From contig CAVYHV010000006.1 of assembly GCA_963768425.1 (NCBI GenBank), forward strand, positions 64,001 to 128,000: a stretch of 64,000 nucleotides of DNA, given 5' to 3'. This DNA comes from Candidatus Bathyarchaeota archaeon (GTDB lineage Archaea; Thermoproteota; Bathyarchaeia; Bathyarchaeales; Bathycorpusculaceae). Positions 21,337-32,130 of this stretch are shown here, one piece after another. Position 1 is the first letter of the stretch; every line of letters begins with the position of its first letter. Below the pieces are notes generated by a model, which was not told the DNA's origin, ran no database searches, and saw nothing but the letters and a program-made list of their open reading frames with translations. The translations under genes and the position numbers were made by a program.

Positions 21337-22641
21337 CTAGTTGATTTTTGTTACGTGCGTTGAACAGGATATGCATGGATCGTAAGCTCGTACTAACATT
21401 TCTAGTGTTAACTCAATCTCTTTTTGGGGTTTTTCTGCTATCTTGGGGACGAGAGCGTTCATGTCTAATTGAATATTGGCGTGATTTTGGTTAGTTGGGA
21501 TTATGCAGTTGGCTTTGGTGCAGACTCCCTTATCATTGTAGGTGTAATCGTGGAAGAGTATTCCTCTCGGAACTTCTACTGCGCCGACGCCGGTGCCTGC
21601 TTTAACTTTGATTTCTGGTTTGTTGTAGTCGGGTTGAGTGCTCAAGCCAGTAGCTTCAAGTTCGTTTATTAGTCGTATTGAATCTTCAACACTGTGAACT
21701 ACTTCTACAAGTTGCGCTATACTATTCATGAAAGGATTATAGCAAACGGGTGAAAGATTGAATGTTGCAGCTGTCTTTTTAGCCATTGGAGATAATCGAT
21801 CATGATTGAGGTTAAATCTAGCTAAAGCACCAACCATGTATGAATCACGGACATGTTTCGCCCATTTTGCAGTTGATTGTGGAACAATGTACTCATTGGT
21901 GTAAGCAAGGTAGTCTTTCACTGGTGCGCTAGCTGTATCAGATGAGCCGAGTTTCCCGTCGTAAAGCGCGTACTCGTTGGAGTCAGTTAAGGCAATGAAT
22001 TCTGTTTCTCTTTTGAAATTAGGTAATTTATGCGACAAACTTTTGAATAATTCCGCTACTGTCTGAAGATTAGGAATAGAATCTTGCAGTTTATCTCTGA
22101 GAGCAGCCAACTCTTTCATTGACGGAATTTTTGAAAATCCACCTGGAATTAATCTTTGCGGATGCGTCGTTCTTCCGCAAATCAAGTTCGACATTTCATT
22201 TGCAGTCCTGTGAAGTTTAAGAACAATCTTAACCTCTGCAAGATTAGTCGAGGCGAGCGGAATGACCGAACCAACACCCATCAAATCTGGAAGAACGAGA
22301 AAACCCAAATGTAAAATATGGCTCTGCAAGTTTTCAGCATGCAATGCTAGCTTTCTTAGTTTCAAATCTTGATCACTAATTGTCACTCCTAAAGCTGATT
22401 CTGTGGCTTTCAACGAAGCAAGTGTATGACCAATTGAGCAGATACCACATATTCGAGAGGTAACATGATGCAGTTCGTACCATGACCTGCCGACAACCAT
22501 GGCTTCGAAGAATCGTGGTGCTTCTGGAATACTCCACTCACATTTCTCTACGATGCCATCCTTAATTTTTACAGAGATATTTCCATGCCCTTCAACTCTG
22601 GTTACATGGTGGACATTTACTTCAACATTTGAATTTTTCAT
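21337..22641 (-). CDS. hydA: Group 3b [NiFe]-hydrogenase (sulfhydrogenase) large subunit alpha
   Basis: TRVEGHG, RICGIC, EVPRG, DPCISCSTH; ATG 22641 follows GGAGG and overlaps the hydD stop (ATGA). Confidence 0.93.
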   Translation of the reverse strand: MKNSNVEVNVHHVTRVEGHGNISVKIKDGIVEKCEWSIPEAPRFFEAMVVGRSWYELHHVTSRICGICSIGHTLASLKATESALGVTISDQDLKLRKLALHAENLQSHILHLGFLVLPDLMGVGSVIPLASTNLAEVKIVLKLHRTANEMSNLICGRTTHPQRLIPGGFSKIPSMKELAALRDKLQDSIPNLQTVAELFKSLSHKLPNFKRETEFIALTDSNEYALYDGKLGSSDTASAPVKDYLAYTNEYIVPQSTAKWAKHVRDSYMVGALARFNLNHDRLSPMAKKTAATFNLSPVCYNPFMNSIAQLVEVVHSVEDSIRLINELEATGLSTQPDYNKPEIKVKAGTGVGAVEVPRGILFHDYTYNDKGVCTKANCIIPTNQNHANIQLDMNALVPKIAEKPQKEIELTLEMLVRAYDPCISCSTHVTKIN

Positions 22642-23375
22642 CGTTTTGCCTCCTGCCAACCGAAATATAACCTAAACTTGTTTATTGCATCATCAACTGT
22701 TTGACCATATTTTATTAGAACTTCTTTGTGGGAGTTCTCGTTAGGATTATCAACTAATCCGCGGCAGCCCCAGCAGATTGTGCCTTCATTGACGCAGCAT
22801 GAGTTGCACCCGGCCCTAGTTACTGGCCCAACACAATATTGACCACGTTCAAAAGCGCAAACGTTCTCATTTTTTTTGCATTCAACGCAAACAGGATACG
22901 TGGGGGTATCTGGCTTCTTTCCTAGCAACAGTGATTTTACTACCTGCAAGAAATCTTCTCTATCTATCGGGCAACCATAGACGTAGGCATCCACTGGAAT
23001 AACTGCATCTATAGCTCTTGCTGCGTAAGAATCAAACAGTCTTGCGTTTTCTCCATAAACTGTTTTCTTCACGGCATCTAAATCTTTGTAATTCTTGAGG
23101 GAGTTAATTCCACCGATCGCTGCGCATGATCCTATTGCAACGACGATTTTAGCGTTTTTCCTAATTTGTCTTAATCTATCTTCGTCTTGCAGTCTCGTGC
23201 AGGAGCCTTCAACAAAAGCGATATCGTAGTTGTCGCTATGTTCTTTCATTACTTCTCTGAAGCTTACGACGTCGATTTGGCCGAGCAAAGCTAAAAGATC
23301 TTCTTCGAGATTTGCTATTTGCAGTTGGTCTCCTTCGCAGCCTGCAAAATCAAAGAAAGCTGCTTTGGGTTTCAT
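22638..23375 (-). CDS. hydD: Group 3b hydrogenase small subunit delta
   Basis: GCEGD, VEGS, GSCA, GCP, VCVECK, C.GPVTRAGC, CWGCRG. Confidence 0.92.
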   Translation of the reverse strand: MKPKAAFFDFAGCEGDQLQIANLEEDLLALLGQIDVVSFREVMKEHSDNYDIAFVEGSCTRLQDEDRLRQIRKNAKIVVAIGSCAAIGGINSLKNYKDLDAVKKTVYGENARLFDSYAARAIDAVIPVDAYVYGCPIDREDFLQVVKSLLLGKKPDTPTYPVCVECKKNENVCAFERGQYCVGPVTRAGCNSCCVNEGTICWGCRGLVDNPNENSHKEVLIKYGQTVDDAINKFRLYFGWQEAKR

Positions 23376-25288
23376 TATAGTGCCTCCGGTACACCTTTAA
23401 TTTTAGAATAGTTAAACACTGGGCCATCTTTACAAACATAGATTTGGTTGATTTGACAGTGTCCACATTTCCCAACTCCACATTTCATTCTCCGCTCCAG
23501 AGACATAATTATGTGGTCGTCTGGAACATTTCTCTTTTTCAAGTCTGCAATAACGAACTTGTACATAATTGGCGGTCCGCAAATCACGGCATAAGTCTTT
23601 TCGGGATCAATCTTGATTTGAGGAATCAAAGTTGTTATTACTCCTGTGTTGCCTGTCCAAGCCTCAGTTTCTGGGCATCTGTCAACTGTTGGCATGAAAT
23701 CTACATCACTCCTCTTAGATAGCGCAAGAAGTTCATCGGCAAAAAGTAGTTCTTTTGGTTCTTTACAGCCATAAAGCAGAGTGACTTGACCATAGTCTTT
23801 TCGGTTGTCAAGAACAAAATTAAAGAATGACCGCAACGGCGCGAGCCCAAGACCCCCCGCGACAAACAATAAATCCTTACCTTTCAGGGATTCCGTGTCA
23901 AAACCGGTTCCGAATGGTCCCCGTATTCCCACCTTATCACCGATTTTGAGCGAATGAACTTTTGTAGTTACGTTGCCCAGTTTGCGAACGCACAGTTCAA
24001 ATGTCTCTTTCTTAGTAGGTGGCGATGAAATTGAAATTGGAGCTTCACCTATTCCGAACACTGAAAGTTCAACAAATTGTCCCGGCTTGTGGCCTAAAAC
24101 TAAACCGTCATCTAGCTTGATTTCAAATAACGTTTCCATAGCTGTCATAGGCTGTTTTCTTATGATTGTTGCAAGTTTAGGAACATAATCTATGTTGCCT
24201 TCGGTTTGAATCTTGATATCCGGTGTCGATACAGTCGTCACTTGCCCATAATTCACGCTTTCATGGTACATATCGTTGAATAGGTTGACGGGACTTGCAA
24301 TATCGGGAAGGCAGTTTGATGAGCATCTGCCGCAACCAACGCACGAAATGAATCCGAATCGGTCATACAGATATTTGCCTTTTTTAAAGTACCTGTGTCG
24401 GTATCTTGTCGGTCTTGTCGCACGGAAGTTTTCACCTGAAGCGACTTTCGCAAAGTCTTCAAGTAAGCATCCGTCCCATATTCTCACTCTTTCGCCCTGT
24501 TCAAGTGATAAGTCAGGGTTGTCTTTGACGTCAAAACAGTAGCATGTTGGACAAACAAGGACGCAGGAGCCGCATGCTAAACACTTCTCCGAATGTTTCT
24601 CCCAAAAACTGCTTTCTGTGTAAAATTTTGTCAGCATTTCCGGAATTAGTTCTGTAGGAAAATCCAGTTTTTGTTGGCTCATCATCATTACTTCACGTTT
24701 TTTCTGACCGACCAACTGGGTGTCCCTTGCAAGAGCGTCAGTGACGTTTTTGGCATATTTATCTAAAAGCTTTTCACCCTTTTCCGAACCAATGTTGATT
24801 ACATACCGGTTTCCTACGTCAGTAAGCATTAAATCATAGCCATATTCGACCGTGGCGCTACCCATGTACGGCGCAAAACACCATTTTGACATTTTTTGAA
24901 TGTTGACACCGATAATTATTGATGCTTTCCGTTTTTCAAAATAATATGGGTCTGATTTTGTTTCGCTGAAGATTTCATCCATGTGAAGAAGGGCTACTAT
25001 GTCATATGGGTGAACGCCGACTAGCACCATGGGCTTGATTTCAGACGGGCTTTTAGCAGAAAAACTCTTTCCCACGTTATAAGTAACTAAAGTTTCTCTC
25101 TGAGGAAAGAAGTACTTCTTCGGCGGAAGAAGAGTAACGTCATAATCCATCCGCAGCTCACTGGCAGATTCTAAAGGTCCAAAAGCGAATTTATCTCCTT
25201 TCGCCTTGACGCCTACAACGTTCAATGAACCATCTTTTATTAAAGAATTGACAAACTGAGCAAAATTTTCTTTTGATATAACGCGCAT
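23375..25288 (-). CDS. Fused sulfhydrogenase beta (Fe-S) and gamma (FAD/NAD(P)-binding) subunits
   Basis: Beta: CLACGSCVLVCPTCYCF, WDGC, CVGCGRC..C. Gamma: PGQF, GEAPISISS, RGPFG, AGGLGLAP, CGPPIM, MKCGVGKCGHC, CKDGPVF. One uninterrupted frame. Confidence 0.9.
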   Translation of the reverse strand: MRVISKENFAQFVNSLIKDGSLNVVGVKAKGDKFAFGPLESASELRMDYDVTLLPPKKYFFPQRETLVTYNVGKSFSAKSPSEIKPMVLVGVHPYDIVALLHMDEIFSETKSDPYYFEKRKASIIIGVNIQKMSKWCFAPYMGSATVEYGYDLMLTDVGNRYVINIGSEKGEKLLDKYAKNVTDALARDTQLVGQKKREVMMMSQQKLDFPTELIPEMLTKFYTESSFWEKHSEKCLACGSCVLVCPTCYCFDVKDNPDLSLEQGERVRIWDGCLLEDFAKVASGENFRATRPTRYRHRYFKKGKYLYDRFGFISCVGCGRCSSNCLPDIASPVNLFNDMYHESVNYGQVTTVSTPDIKIQTEGNIDYVPKLATIIRKQPMTAMETLFEIKLDDGLVLGHKPGQFVELSVFGIGEAPISISSPPTKKETFELCVRKLGNVTTKVHSLKIGDKVGIRGPFGTGFDTESLKGKDLLFVAGGLGLAPLRSFFNFVLDNRKDYGQVTLLYGCKEPKELLFADELLALSKRSDVDFMPTVDRCPETEAWTGNTGVITTLIPQIKIDPEKTYAVICGPPIMYKFVIADLKKRNVPDDHIIMSLERRMKCGVGKCGHCQINQIYVCKDGPVFNYSKIKGVPEAL

Positions 25289-25340
25289 CTTTCACGCTTC
25301 TCCACTTACATAATGCAAGCTTTTCCTTGCTTTTTCATAG

Positions 25341-25363
25341 GAATAAATGTGGTACATTTATTC
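25341..25363. promoter_or_regulatory. Putative operator between the divergent hydrogenase operons
   Basis: Perfect 10-3-10 inverted repeat GAATAAATGT-GGT-ACATTTATTC. Confidence 0.55.
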
Positions 25364-25601
25364 TTTTCCGCAATAAAGATGAAGAAATCCCATGGAAATA
25401 CCATATGTAAGGATATATACGGTCTATACAACGGTTTTCTAATCCCCCTTACAATTTATGACATTTATTTTTGAAAACATCTTAAGGACAGGTTTCCAAT
25501 GAATTCCTTTAAATTGTAACCCCTAACCTTTTATATTAGTAGACTTCAAAAGTGGCTTCGTTAAGTAAAGATTCCAACAAACTTAAAGGAGGATCAAATG
25601 T

Positions 25602-26093
25602 TTGTCTGACAGAGATAACAGACGTTCGTTGCTAGAAAAAGTTTTGAAAGAACATAATTACGAAGAAAGTGCTCTTTTAGAGATATTGCATCGCGCTCAA
25701 GAAATTTATGGTTATTTGGATAAGGATTTGCTTATGGATGTTTCTGGGTCCCTCAACATTCCGCCGAGCCATGTTTTCGGCGTAGCGACTTTTTATAGCT
25801 TCTTCAAGTTTAAACAGCCGGGGCAACATGTAGTGACTGGTTGCTTAGGAACTGCTTGCTATGTAAAAGAGGTTGAACAAATTTTTGAGGCAGTTGAAAA
25901 AGAATTTAATGTTAAACGCGGTGGCTCCACTTCTGACGGAAAACTTTCTCTGCTTGTAACACGGTGCATAGGCGCATGTGCTATGGCACCTAACATCATG
26001 ATTGACGAGGAAGTTGTTGGCAAAGCCACAAAAGAAATAGTTGTAGAAAAAATCAAAAATGTACTCGGAGGGGTTAAAACTGAAACTCGATGA
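25602..26093 (+). CDS. hoxE: Hox bidirectional hydrogenase subunit E (NuoE-like, 2Fe-2S)
   Basis: LHRAQEIYGYL, GVATFYSFF, CLGTACYV, RCIGACAMAP. Confidence 0.92.
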   Translation: MSDRDNRRSLLEKVLKEHNYEESALLEILHRAQEIYGYLDKDLLMDVSGSLNIPPSHVFGVATFYSFFKFKQPGQHVVTGCLGTACYVKEVEQIFEAVEKEFNVKRGGSTSDGKLSLLVTRCIGACAMAPNIMIDEEVVGKATKEIVVEKIKNVLGGVKTETR

Positions 26094-27716
26094 TCTCCAA
26101 AGAATAGCCGAGCAAGAAGTTGATTTCCAAAGAGCTTACAAATACAGAATTAACGTTTGCTGCTCCAGTGGGTGTGTTCCCTTCGGAGCTCTCAAGGTGT
26201 TGAAAGCATTCGAAGATGCAGTAAAAGAATTACGCGTTGAAAAGGAATGTAAGGTCGCCCGCACTGGCTGCATAGGCACGTGTTCTGTAGGACCTGCGGT
26301 GCTTATTGAACCAGGTGACTACCTATATCAAAACGTTACACCCGAAAAAGTCAAAGAAATAGTTCGTGATCACATCGTTCTTAACTTACCGGTCAAAAGT
26401 ATGTTGTACCAAAATGAAGCTTACTTCAAAAAACAGCATCGCTTAGTTTTGCGAAACGCAGGAAAAATTGATCCTTTGAGAATTCAAGACTACATTTCCG
26501 CTGGCGGCTACTCAGCTATAGCAAAATGCCTTGCAACTATGACTTCACAAGGCGTAATTTATGAGGTTAGAACCAGTGGTCTTAGGGGTCGTGGTGGTGC
26601 AGGTTTCCCAACAGGCCAAAAATGGGCACTCGTGTCAAGATCACACAGCACGCCCAAGTTCATAGTTGCAAACTTGGACGAAGGTGATCCAGGTGTCTTC
26701 GCAAATAGAACTTTGGCTGAAGCTGATCCACACGCTATTCTTGAAGGCATGCTCATCGCTGCTTACGCCGTTGGTGCAGAAAAAGGTTACATTTACATTC
26801 GATCCGAGTATCCGCTAGCAATTCAGACTTTGCAAAAAGCTATTGCTCAAGCAAAATCAATGACGTTGCTGGGCGATAACATTCTTGAAATGGGATCGCT
26901 CAAGTTTGACCTCGAACTGAGGTTCGGCGCAGGCGCATTTGTTGCAGGAGAGGAAACAGCCATTCTTGCCTCAGTAGAAGGTCAAAGAGCAATGCCTCGT
27001 CCGCGTCCACCATATCCAGCGAATTCTGGCTTATGGCAAAAACCGACGCTTATACAGAATGTTGAAACATTCGCCAACATACCGCAGATAATACAAAATG
27101 GCGGCGCATGGTTCGCAAAAGTGGGCACGCCGAAATGTTCTGGAACCAAATGCTTCTCATTGACAGGCAAAGTTAACAATCCTGGATTAATTGAAGTGCC
27201 GATGGGGATCACTCTTAGAGAAGTGGTTTTCGACATTGGCGGGGGTGTAGCTGATGGAAGGAAATTCAAAGCCGTCCTAGTAGGCGGTCCGTCAGGGGGT
27301 TGTCTTCCTGACACATTGCTTGATCTCCCAATCGATTACGAATCACTAACAAAAGCTGGGGCAATAATGGGTTCTGGTGGCATAGTTGTGCTCGACGATG
27401 AATCGTGCATGGTTGACACTGCAAGATTCTTCACCGACTTCTGCGTGGACGAATCATGCGGCAAATGCACACCATGCCGAGCAGGCTTAGCACGGGTCAA
27501 AGAAATATACGACCAAATCACCACAGGCAACGGAAAAATGGAAGATATCAACACTCTAGAGAAATCAGGCGTTTTTATCCGGGACGCTAGCCTATGCGGT
27601 CTCGGACAAACAGCGCCTAATCCAGTTCTGACTACTCTTCGCTACTTCAAGGATGAATACCTAAAACATATCGTTGAAAAGAAATGCGAAGCAGGTAAAT
27701 GCTTCAAAAAGCATAG
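26059..27716 (+). CDS. hoxF: Hox diaphorase subunit F (NuoF-like, FMN/NADH). Reads through into hoxU as assembled; 27716 is the inferred true stop
   Basis: CCSSGC..GCIGTC N-terminal domain, SGLRGRGGAGFPTG, DEGDPG, GEETA, ESCGKCTPCR, SLCGLG. Confidence 0.85.
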
Positions 27717-27732
27717 AGGAGGAAGAATAAAC

Positions 27733-28443
27733 GTGACATTACCAAATCCTCTTAAGATTAAAATTGACGGTGTTGAAATGTCAGTTCCTGAAGGCACCAC
27801 TATCCTGAAAGCAGCCAAAGCGAATGGCATTACAATTCCAACAATTTGCTCGCTTGAAGGTTTAACCCCATACGGTGGCTGCCGACTTTGCCTCGTTGAA
27901 ATCAGTGGTTCACCGAAGCTTTTCCCTGCGTGCACAACACCTGTGAGTCCAAACATGGAAGTCACCACCAACTCCGATCGGCTAAAAGATCACCGCAAGA
28001 TGGTGGTACAAATGCTTCTAGCTGAAAGAACTCACATTTGCGCGGTCTGCGTCGCTGACGACCACTGCGAGCTACAATCCATGGCCAAAGAGCTTGGAGT
28101 TGAACATGTAATGTTTGAGAGGAACTGGACGGCTGAACCGGTCGATTCCACTCACGACTTCTTGGTTATTGACCGAAACCGTTGCATTCTATGTACTCGG
28201 TGTATTCGTGTGTGCGACCAAATTGAGGGTGTCCATACTCTTGACCTCAAAATGAGAGGGAAAGATGCCCAGGTAATCATGGATCTTGATGAGCACTGGG
28301 CTAATTCTTGCTCATGTACATCCTGCCGCAAATGCGCAAAAGTCTGTCCTGTAGGAGCCATTTACATTGAGGGAGAACCAATTGACCACACCAAACGTAA
28401 AGACATAGCAGAGTTCGTCCTGACAAGGAGGCAAAACAAATGA
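27733..28443 (+). CDS. hoxU: Hox diaphorase subunit U (in frame with hoxF as assembled; own GTG start after GAGGAGG)
   Basis: IPTIC..GGCRLC..PAC, HICAVC..C, RCILCTRCIRVC, CTSCRKCAKVCP. Confidence 0.85.
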   Translation: MTLPNPLKIKIDGVEMSVPEGTTILKAAKANGITIPTICSLEGLTPYGGCRLCLVEISGSPKLFPACTTPVSPNMEVTTNSDRLKDHRKMVVQMLLAERTHICAVCVADDHCELQSMAKELGVEHVMFERNWTAEPVDSTHDFLVIDRNRCILCTRCIRVCDQIEGVHTLDLKMRGKDAQVIMDLDEHWANSCSCTSCRKCAKVCPVGAIYIEGEPIDHTKRKDIAEFVLTRRQNK

Positions 28444-28982
28444 CTGGCAACGCGAAAGTTAGGGTCGCAACGGTTTGGCTTAGCGGCTGTTCAGGTTGCC
28501 ATATGTCCTTCCTTGACCAAGATGAGCGACTTTTTGATTTAGCAAAGAAAATACAGTTAGTTTATAGCCCAATAGCCGATGTGAAGGAATTTCCTGAAAA
28601 TGTTGACGTCACACTTATCGAAGGAGCAATCGCAAATGAAGAGCAACTCCGCATGCTCGAGAAGGTTAGGTCTCGAACAAAAGTTTTGATTTCTCTCGGT
28701 GACTGCGCCGTCACAGGAAACGTAACGGCCTTAAGAAACTCGTGGCGTCACAGCGACCAAGCAGTGCTGAAGCGGGCATACAAGGAAAAGTCTGATTTAA
28801 ATGCAGCAATCCCTACGGACGTGCCTAAACTTCTGATTAAAGCTCGTCCGCTCCATGAAGCTGTTAAAGTTGATTTCTTCATCCCTGGGTGTCCGCCACA
28901 TGCGGATCTGATTAACTACGTTTTAACCGAACTTTTAGCAGGCCGAACGCCAAGAATGGAGGGTAAAACAAAATATGGTTAA
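28440..28982 (+). CDS. hoxY: Group 3d hydrogenase small subunit
   Basis: WLSGCSGCHMS, GDCAVTGNV, PGCPP; short single-cluster form. Confidence 0.93.
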   Translation: MTGNAKVRVATVWLSGCSGCHMSFLDQDERLFDLAKKIQLVYSPIADVKEFPENVDVTLIEGAIANEEQLRMLEKVRSRTKVLISLGDCAVTGNVTALRNSWRHSDQAVLKRAYKEKSDLNAAIPTDVPKLLIKARPLHEAVKVDFFIPGCPPHADLINYVLTELLAGRTPRMEGKTKYG

Positions 28983-30420
28983 AGCTGAAAAAAACGCCAA
29001 ACAAATCGTAATAAGTCCCATCACAAGGATAGAGGGGCACGCCCAAGTATCCATATGTTTAAACGATGATGACTCTGTCAAAGAAGCCAGATTCCAAGTC
29101 ACTGATTTCCGAGGCTTCGAAAAATTCACTGAAGGGCGACCTTTTTATGAAATGCCCAGCATTACGTCGAGGGCTTGCGGAATCTGCCCAGTAAGCCACT
29201 TGTTAGCTTCCGCCAAAGCATGCGATGCCATCGTCGGAGTCAGCCCACCGCCAACCGCAATAAAGCTACGTCGCCTAATGCACATGGGTCAAATGATCCA
29301 ATCTCACGCGTTGAATTTCTATCACCTATCAGCACCCGATCTGATTCTCGGATTCGACTCTGACCCAGCGACAAGAAACGTTTTCGGCTTAATGGAAAAA
29401 GATCCTAAATTGGCACTTCAAGGTATTAAGCTTCGCAAATTTGGTCAAGAAATAATAGATAAAGTCGCTGGCAAAAGAATACACTCAAGTGAATGGATTC
29501 TCCCGGGCGGTGCAAAATGGCCGCTAAGCAAATACAAAGCGGATTATTTGAAAGCTTATTTGCCCGAAGCTTTAGACAGTGCACAGAAAACTTTAACGTT
29601 GTATAAAAATTGGCTGGTTAACTTTGACGATGAAGTGGAGAACTTCGGAAACTTCCCAAGTTACTATATGGGTTTGGTAACCTCTGACGGAGGACTTGAA
29701 CATTACGATGGCACCTTGACTATAATGGATAACGACGGCAAAGTCGTTGGCCGATGCATCGATCCGACAACATACAGTGACTTCATCGGTGAAGCAGTTG
29801 AACCCTACTCGTTCATGAAGTTTCCATACTTCAAAGCAGTTGGTTATCCAGAAGGTTTCTACAGAGTTGGTCCATTAGCAAGACTTAATGTTGCATCACA
29901 TTGCGATACGCCCCTTGCAGACATCGAATTGAAGCAATTCAAAAAACTCGGCAAGAACGGAGTAGTACAAAGCACTTTCCACTACCATTACGCTCGACTT
30001 GTGGAGTTACTTTACTGCGTTGAAAAGGCGCGGGAGTTGCTGGAAGACCCAGAAATCCTATCCGAACACGTAACATCTAAGGCAATGGTGAACCATTACG
30101 AAGGCGTCGGCGTCGCTGAAGCTCCAAGAGGCACCCTTATCCACCACTATAAAGTCGACCCGCAAGGCATGATCACATGGAATAACATGATTATCGCAAC
30201 AGAACACAACAACATCGCTTACAACAAAGCAATAACGCAGGTCGCCAAAAAATACGTCAAAGCAAAGGCGCTGCAAGAAGGCATGCTGAACCGTGTTGAA
30301 GCTGTGATCCGAGCGTTTGATCCGTGTCTGAGTTGCGCCACGCACGCAGTTGGGAAGATGCCACTTGACATAAAGCTGTTCGATGCAAAAGGCAAACTGA
30401 TCGACCGCAAGGTAAGATAG
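28975..30420 (+). CDS. hoxH: Group 3d [NiFe]-hydrogenase large subunit
   Basis: [35 protein letters not shown] plus cleavable tail. Confidence 0.93.
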   Translation: MVKAEKNAKQIVISPITRIEGHAQVSICLNDDDSVKEARFQVTDFRGFEKFTEGRPFYEMPSITSRACGICPVSHLLASAKACDAIVGVSPPPTAIKLRRLMHMGQMIQSHALNFYHLSAPDLILGFDSDPATRNVFGLMEKDPKLALQGIKLRKFGQEIIDKVAGKRIHSSEWILPGGAKWPLSKYKADYLKAYLPEALDSAQKTLTLYKNWLVNFDDEVENFGNFPSYYMGLVTSDGGLEHYDGTLTIMDNDGKVVGRCIDPTTYSDFIGEAVEPYSFMKFPYFKAVGYPEGFYRVGPLARLNVASHCDTPLADIELKQFKKLGKNGVVQSTFHYHYARLVELLYCVEKARELLEDPEILSEHVTSKAMVNHYEGVGVAEAPRGTLIHHYKVDPQGMITWNNMIIATEHNNIAYNKAITQVAKKYVKAKALQEGMLNRVEAVIRAFDPCLSCATHAVGKMPLDIKLFDAKGKLIDRKVR

Positions 30421-30683
30421 AACCCTTCTTTCCCTATTTGTTTTTCTTTCTCATCTATTCATGACTTCGAGAAACTATCGTTGCGTTGAAGCCAGCCAGC
30501 TCTTTTGATGAATAAACCAATTGCATTTTTGCACTTACATCGAAACGACGGTTTTTGGTTTTTCTTCAACAAAGTCGTGTCCATGGAAGTTTCTGCTTTG
30601 TATTCACTGAACATTTATGTATTTGACTTAGGCATTCAAATTAAATTAAGCACTCAGGGTGCTATGGGAGCAGTCAAAGTGAG

Positions 30684-31247
30684 TTGCAAATGACTGAGAC
30701 AGTACCTACTTCATCGGGCAAGGAGCCAATAAAAGCATCAGAACTTGACCCCAAATTCAAATATCAACTTCTAAAAATGCACGGAAGCGAAAAAATCCTC
30801 AAATGCTTCCAATGTGGAACCTGCACCTCCGACTGCCCCGTCGCACGATATAGCGACAGTTACCGCCCAAGAACTCTAATCCACATGGCTCAAATGGGCC
30901 TAAAAGATCGCGTGCTCAAAAGCGACACATTATGGTTATGCGCAGCCTGCTTCACATGCACAGACCGATGCCCCCAAGACGTCGAAGTTGCAAGCGTAAT
31001 TCGGGTTTTCCGCAATTTAGCCGTAGAAAATGGCTGTGTACCACAAGTTTTCAAAGATCAAACCGCAAGCTTGCTTGAATCCGGCTACGCCTTCAAAATT
31101 CCCGAGTTAAGAATTAAAAAACGTGAAACCCAGGGGCTTCCACCCTTGCCGAAAGGCAACGCAGAAAAAGTTAAGAAAGCGCTTAAAGGCGTAAGATTTA
31201 TCGATGTCAATCAGAAACCATCGGGAGGACAAGCTGCTGGGCAATAA
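30684..31247 (+). CDS. hdrC: Heterodisulfide reductase subunit C
   Basis: CFQCGTCTSDCP and WLCAACFTCTDRCP. Confidence 0.93.
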   Translation: MQMTETVPTSSGKEPIKASELDPKFKYQLLKMHGSEKILKCFQCGTCTSDCPVARYSDSYRPRTLIHMAQMGLKDRVLKSDTLWLCAACFTCTDRCPQDVEVASVIRVFRNLAVENGCVPQVFKDQTASLLESGYAFKIPELRIKKRETQGLPPLPKGNAEKVKKALKGVRFIDVNQKPSGGQAAGQ

Positions 31248-32130
31248 ATTCCTCATTTTCCTCGGTTGTGCTATCCCCTACCGTGTTTCAGCCTATGAAA
31301 TTTCGGCGCGCAAAGTCTTAGCTAAACTCGGCGTTGAACTGGTTGAGATGCCCGAGTTCAACTGTTGCGGCTTACCTTTTGACCCTGTAAGCCATGAAAC
31401 AATGCTTGTTCTTGCAGCAAAAAACTTGGCGATCGCGGAACAGCAATGCTTAAACATACTTACTCTTTGTCCAGGCTGCGCTGGGTCCTTAAAGAAAACT
31501 AACAAAATCCTCAAAGAAGACAAAGCTTTGAAAGAACAGATTAACTGTCATCTCAAGGAAGTTGGGTTGGAATTCAAAGGAACCATCGAGGTAAAGCATC
31601 TTTTGCAGCTTCTGAAGGAAGATGTAGGCGTAGAAAAAATCAAAGCCTCAGTCACCAAACCTCTTACGATGCTTAAAGTTGCGGAACATAACGGATGCCA
31701 CATTCTAAGACCCAAAGAATTCATAGGCTTCGACGACCCCGAAGATCCGCAAACCCTTAAAATGCTGATTGAAGCGACGGGAGCCACATGCCTTGACTAC
31801 ATCGACGAAACAGAGTGCTGCGGAGCACCCAGTGTCGGAGTCAGCGACAAAATTGCGTTGCAACTCGCAAGGGACAAACTGAACCACGTTAAGATGGTCG
31901 AAGCACAAGCTTTAATCACGATTTGCCCATTTTGCCATATAATGTACGATACGAACGAGCTGCGAATAGAGAAAACATTTAATGAAACCTATGGGATTCC
32001 CATACTCCATTACCCACAACTACTCGGATTGGCAATGGGCTTGCCTCCTGAAGAATTAGCCTTCAGCGAACTCCGAGTAAACGCATCAAAAATAATAAAG
32101 CAAGTAACCGAGGAAGCAAAAAATGAGTAA
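31204..32130 (+). CDS. hdrB: Heterodisulfide reductase subunit B (start possibly ~31237)
   Basis: FLGCAIP, two CCG motifs (FNCCG..CPGC; HNGCH..ECCG..CPFC), PILHYPQLLGLAMG. Confidence 0.94.
   Translation: MSIRNHREDKLLGNKFLIFLGCAIPYRVSAYEISARKVLAKLGVELVEMPEFNCCGLPFDPVSHETMLVLAAKNLAIAEQQCLNILTLCPGCAGSLKKTNKILKEDKALKEQINCHLKEVGLEFKGTIEVKHLLQLLKEDVGVEKIKASVTKPLTMLKVAEHNGCHILRPKEFIGFDDPEDPQTLKMLIEATGATCLDYIDETECCGAPSVGVSDKIALQLARDKLNHVKMVEAQALITICPFCHIMYDTNELRIEKTFNETYGIPILHYPQLLGLAMGLPPEELAFSELRVNASKIIKQVTEEAKNE

Noticed and set aside
26059-28443. Apparent 794-aa HoxF-HoxU fusion
   Set aside because: The junction reads TTCAAAAAGCATAGAGGAGGAAGAATAAACGTG. One more A in the A-run gives a TAG stop at 27714-27716, followed by a GAGGAGG RBS and GTG start. 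Most likely a homopolymer error, given the indel-rich assembly.
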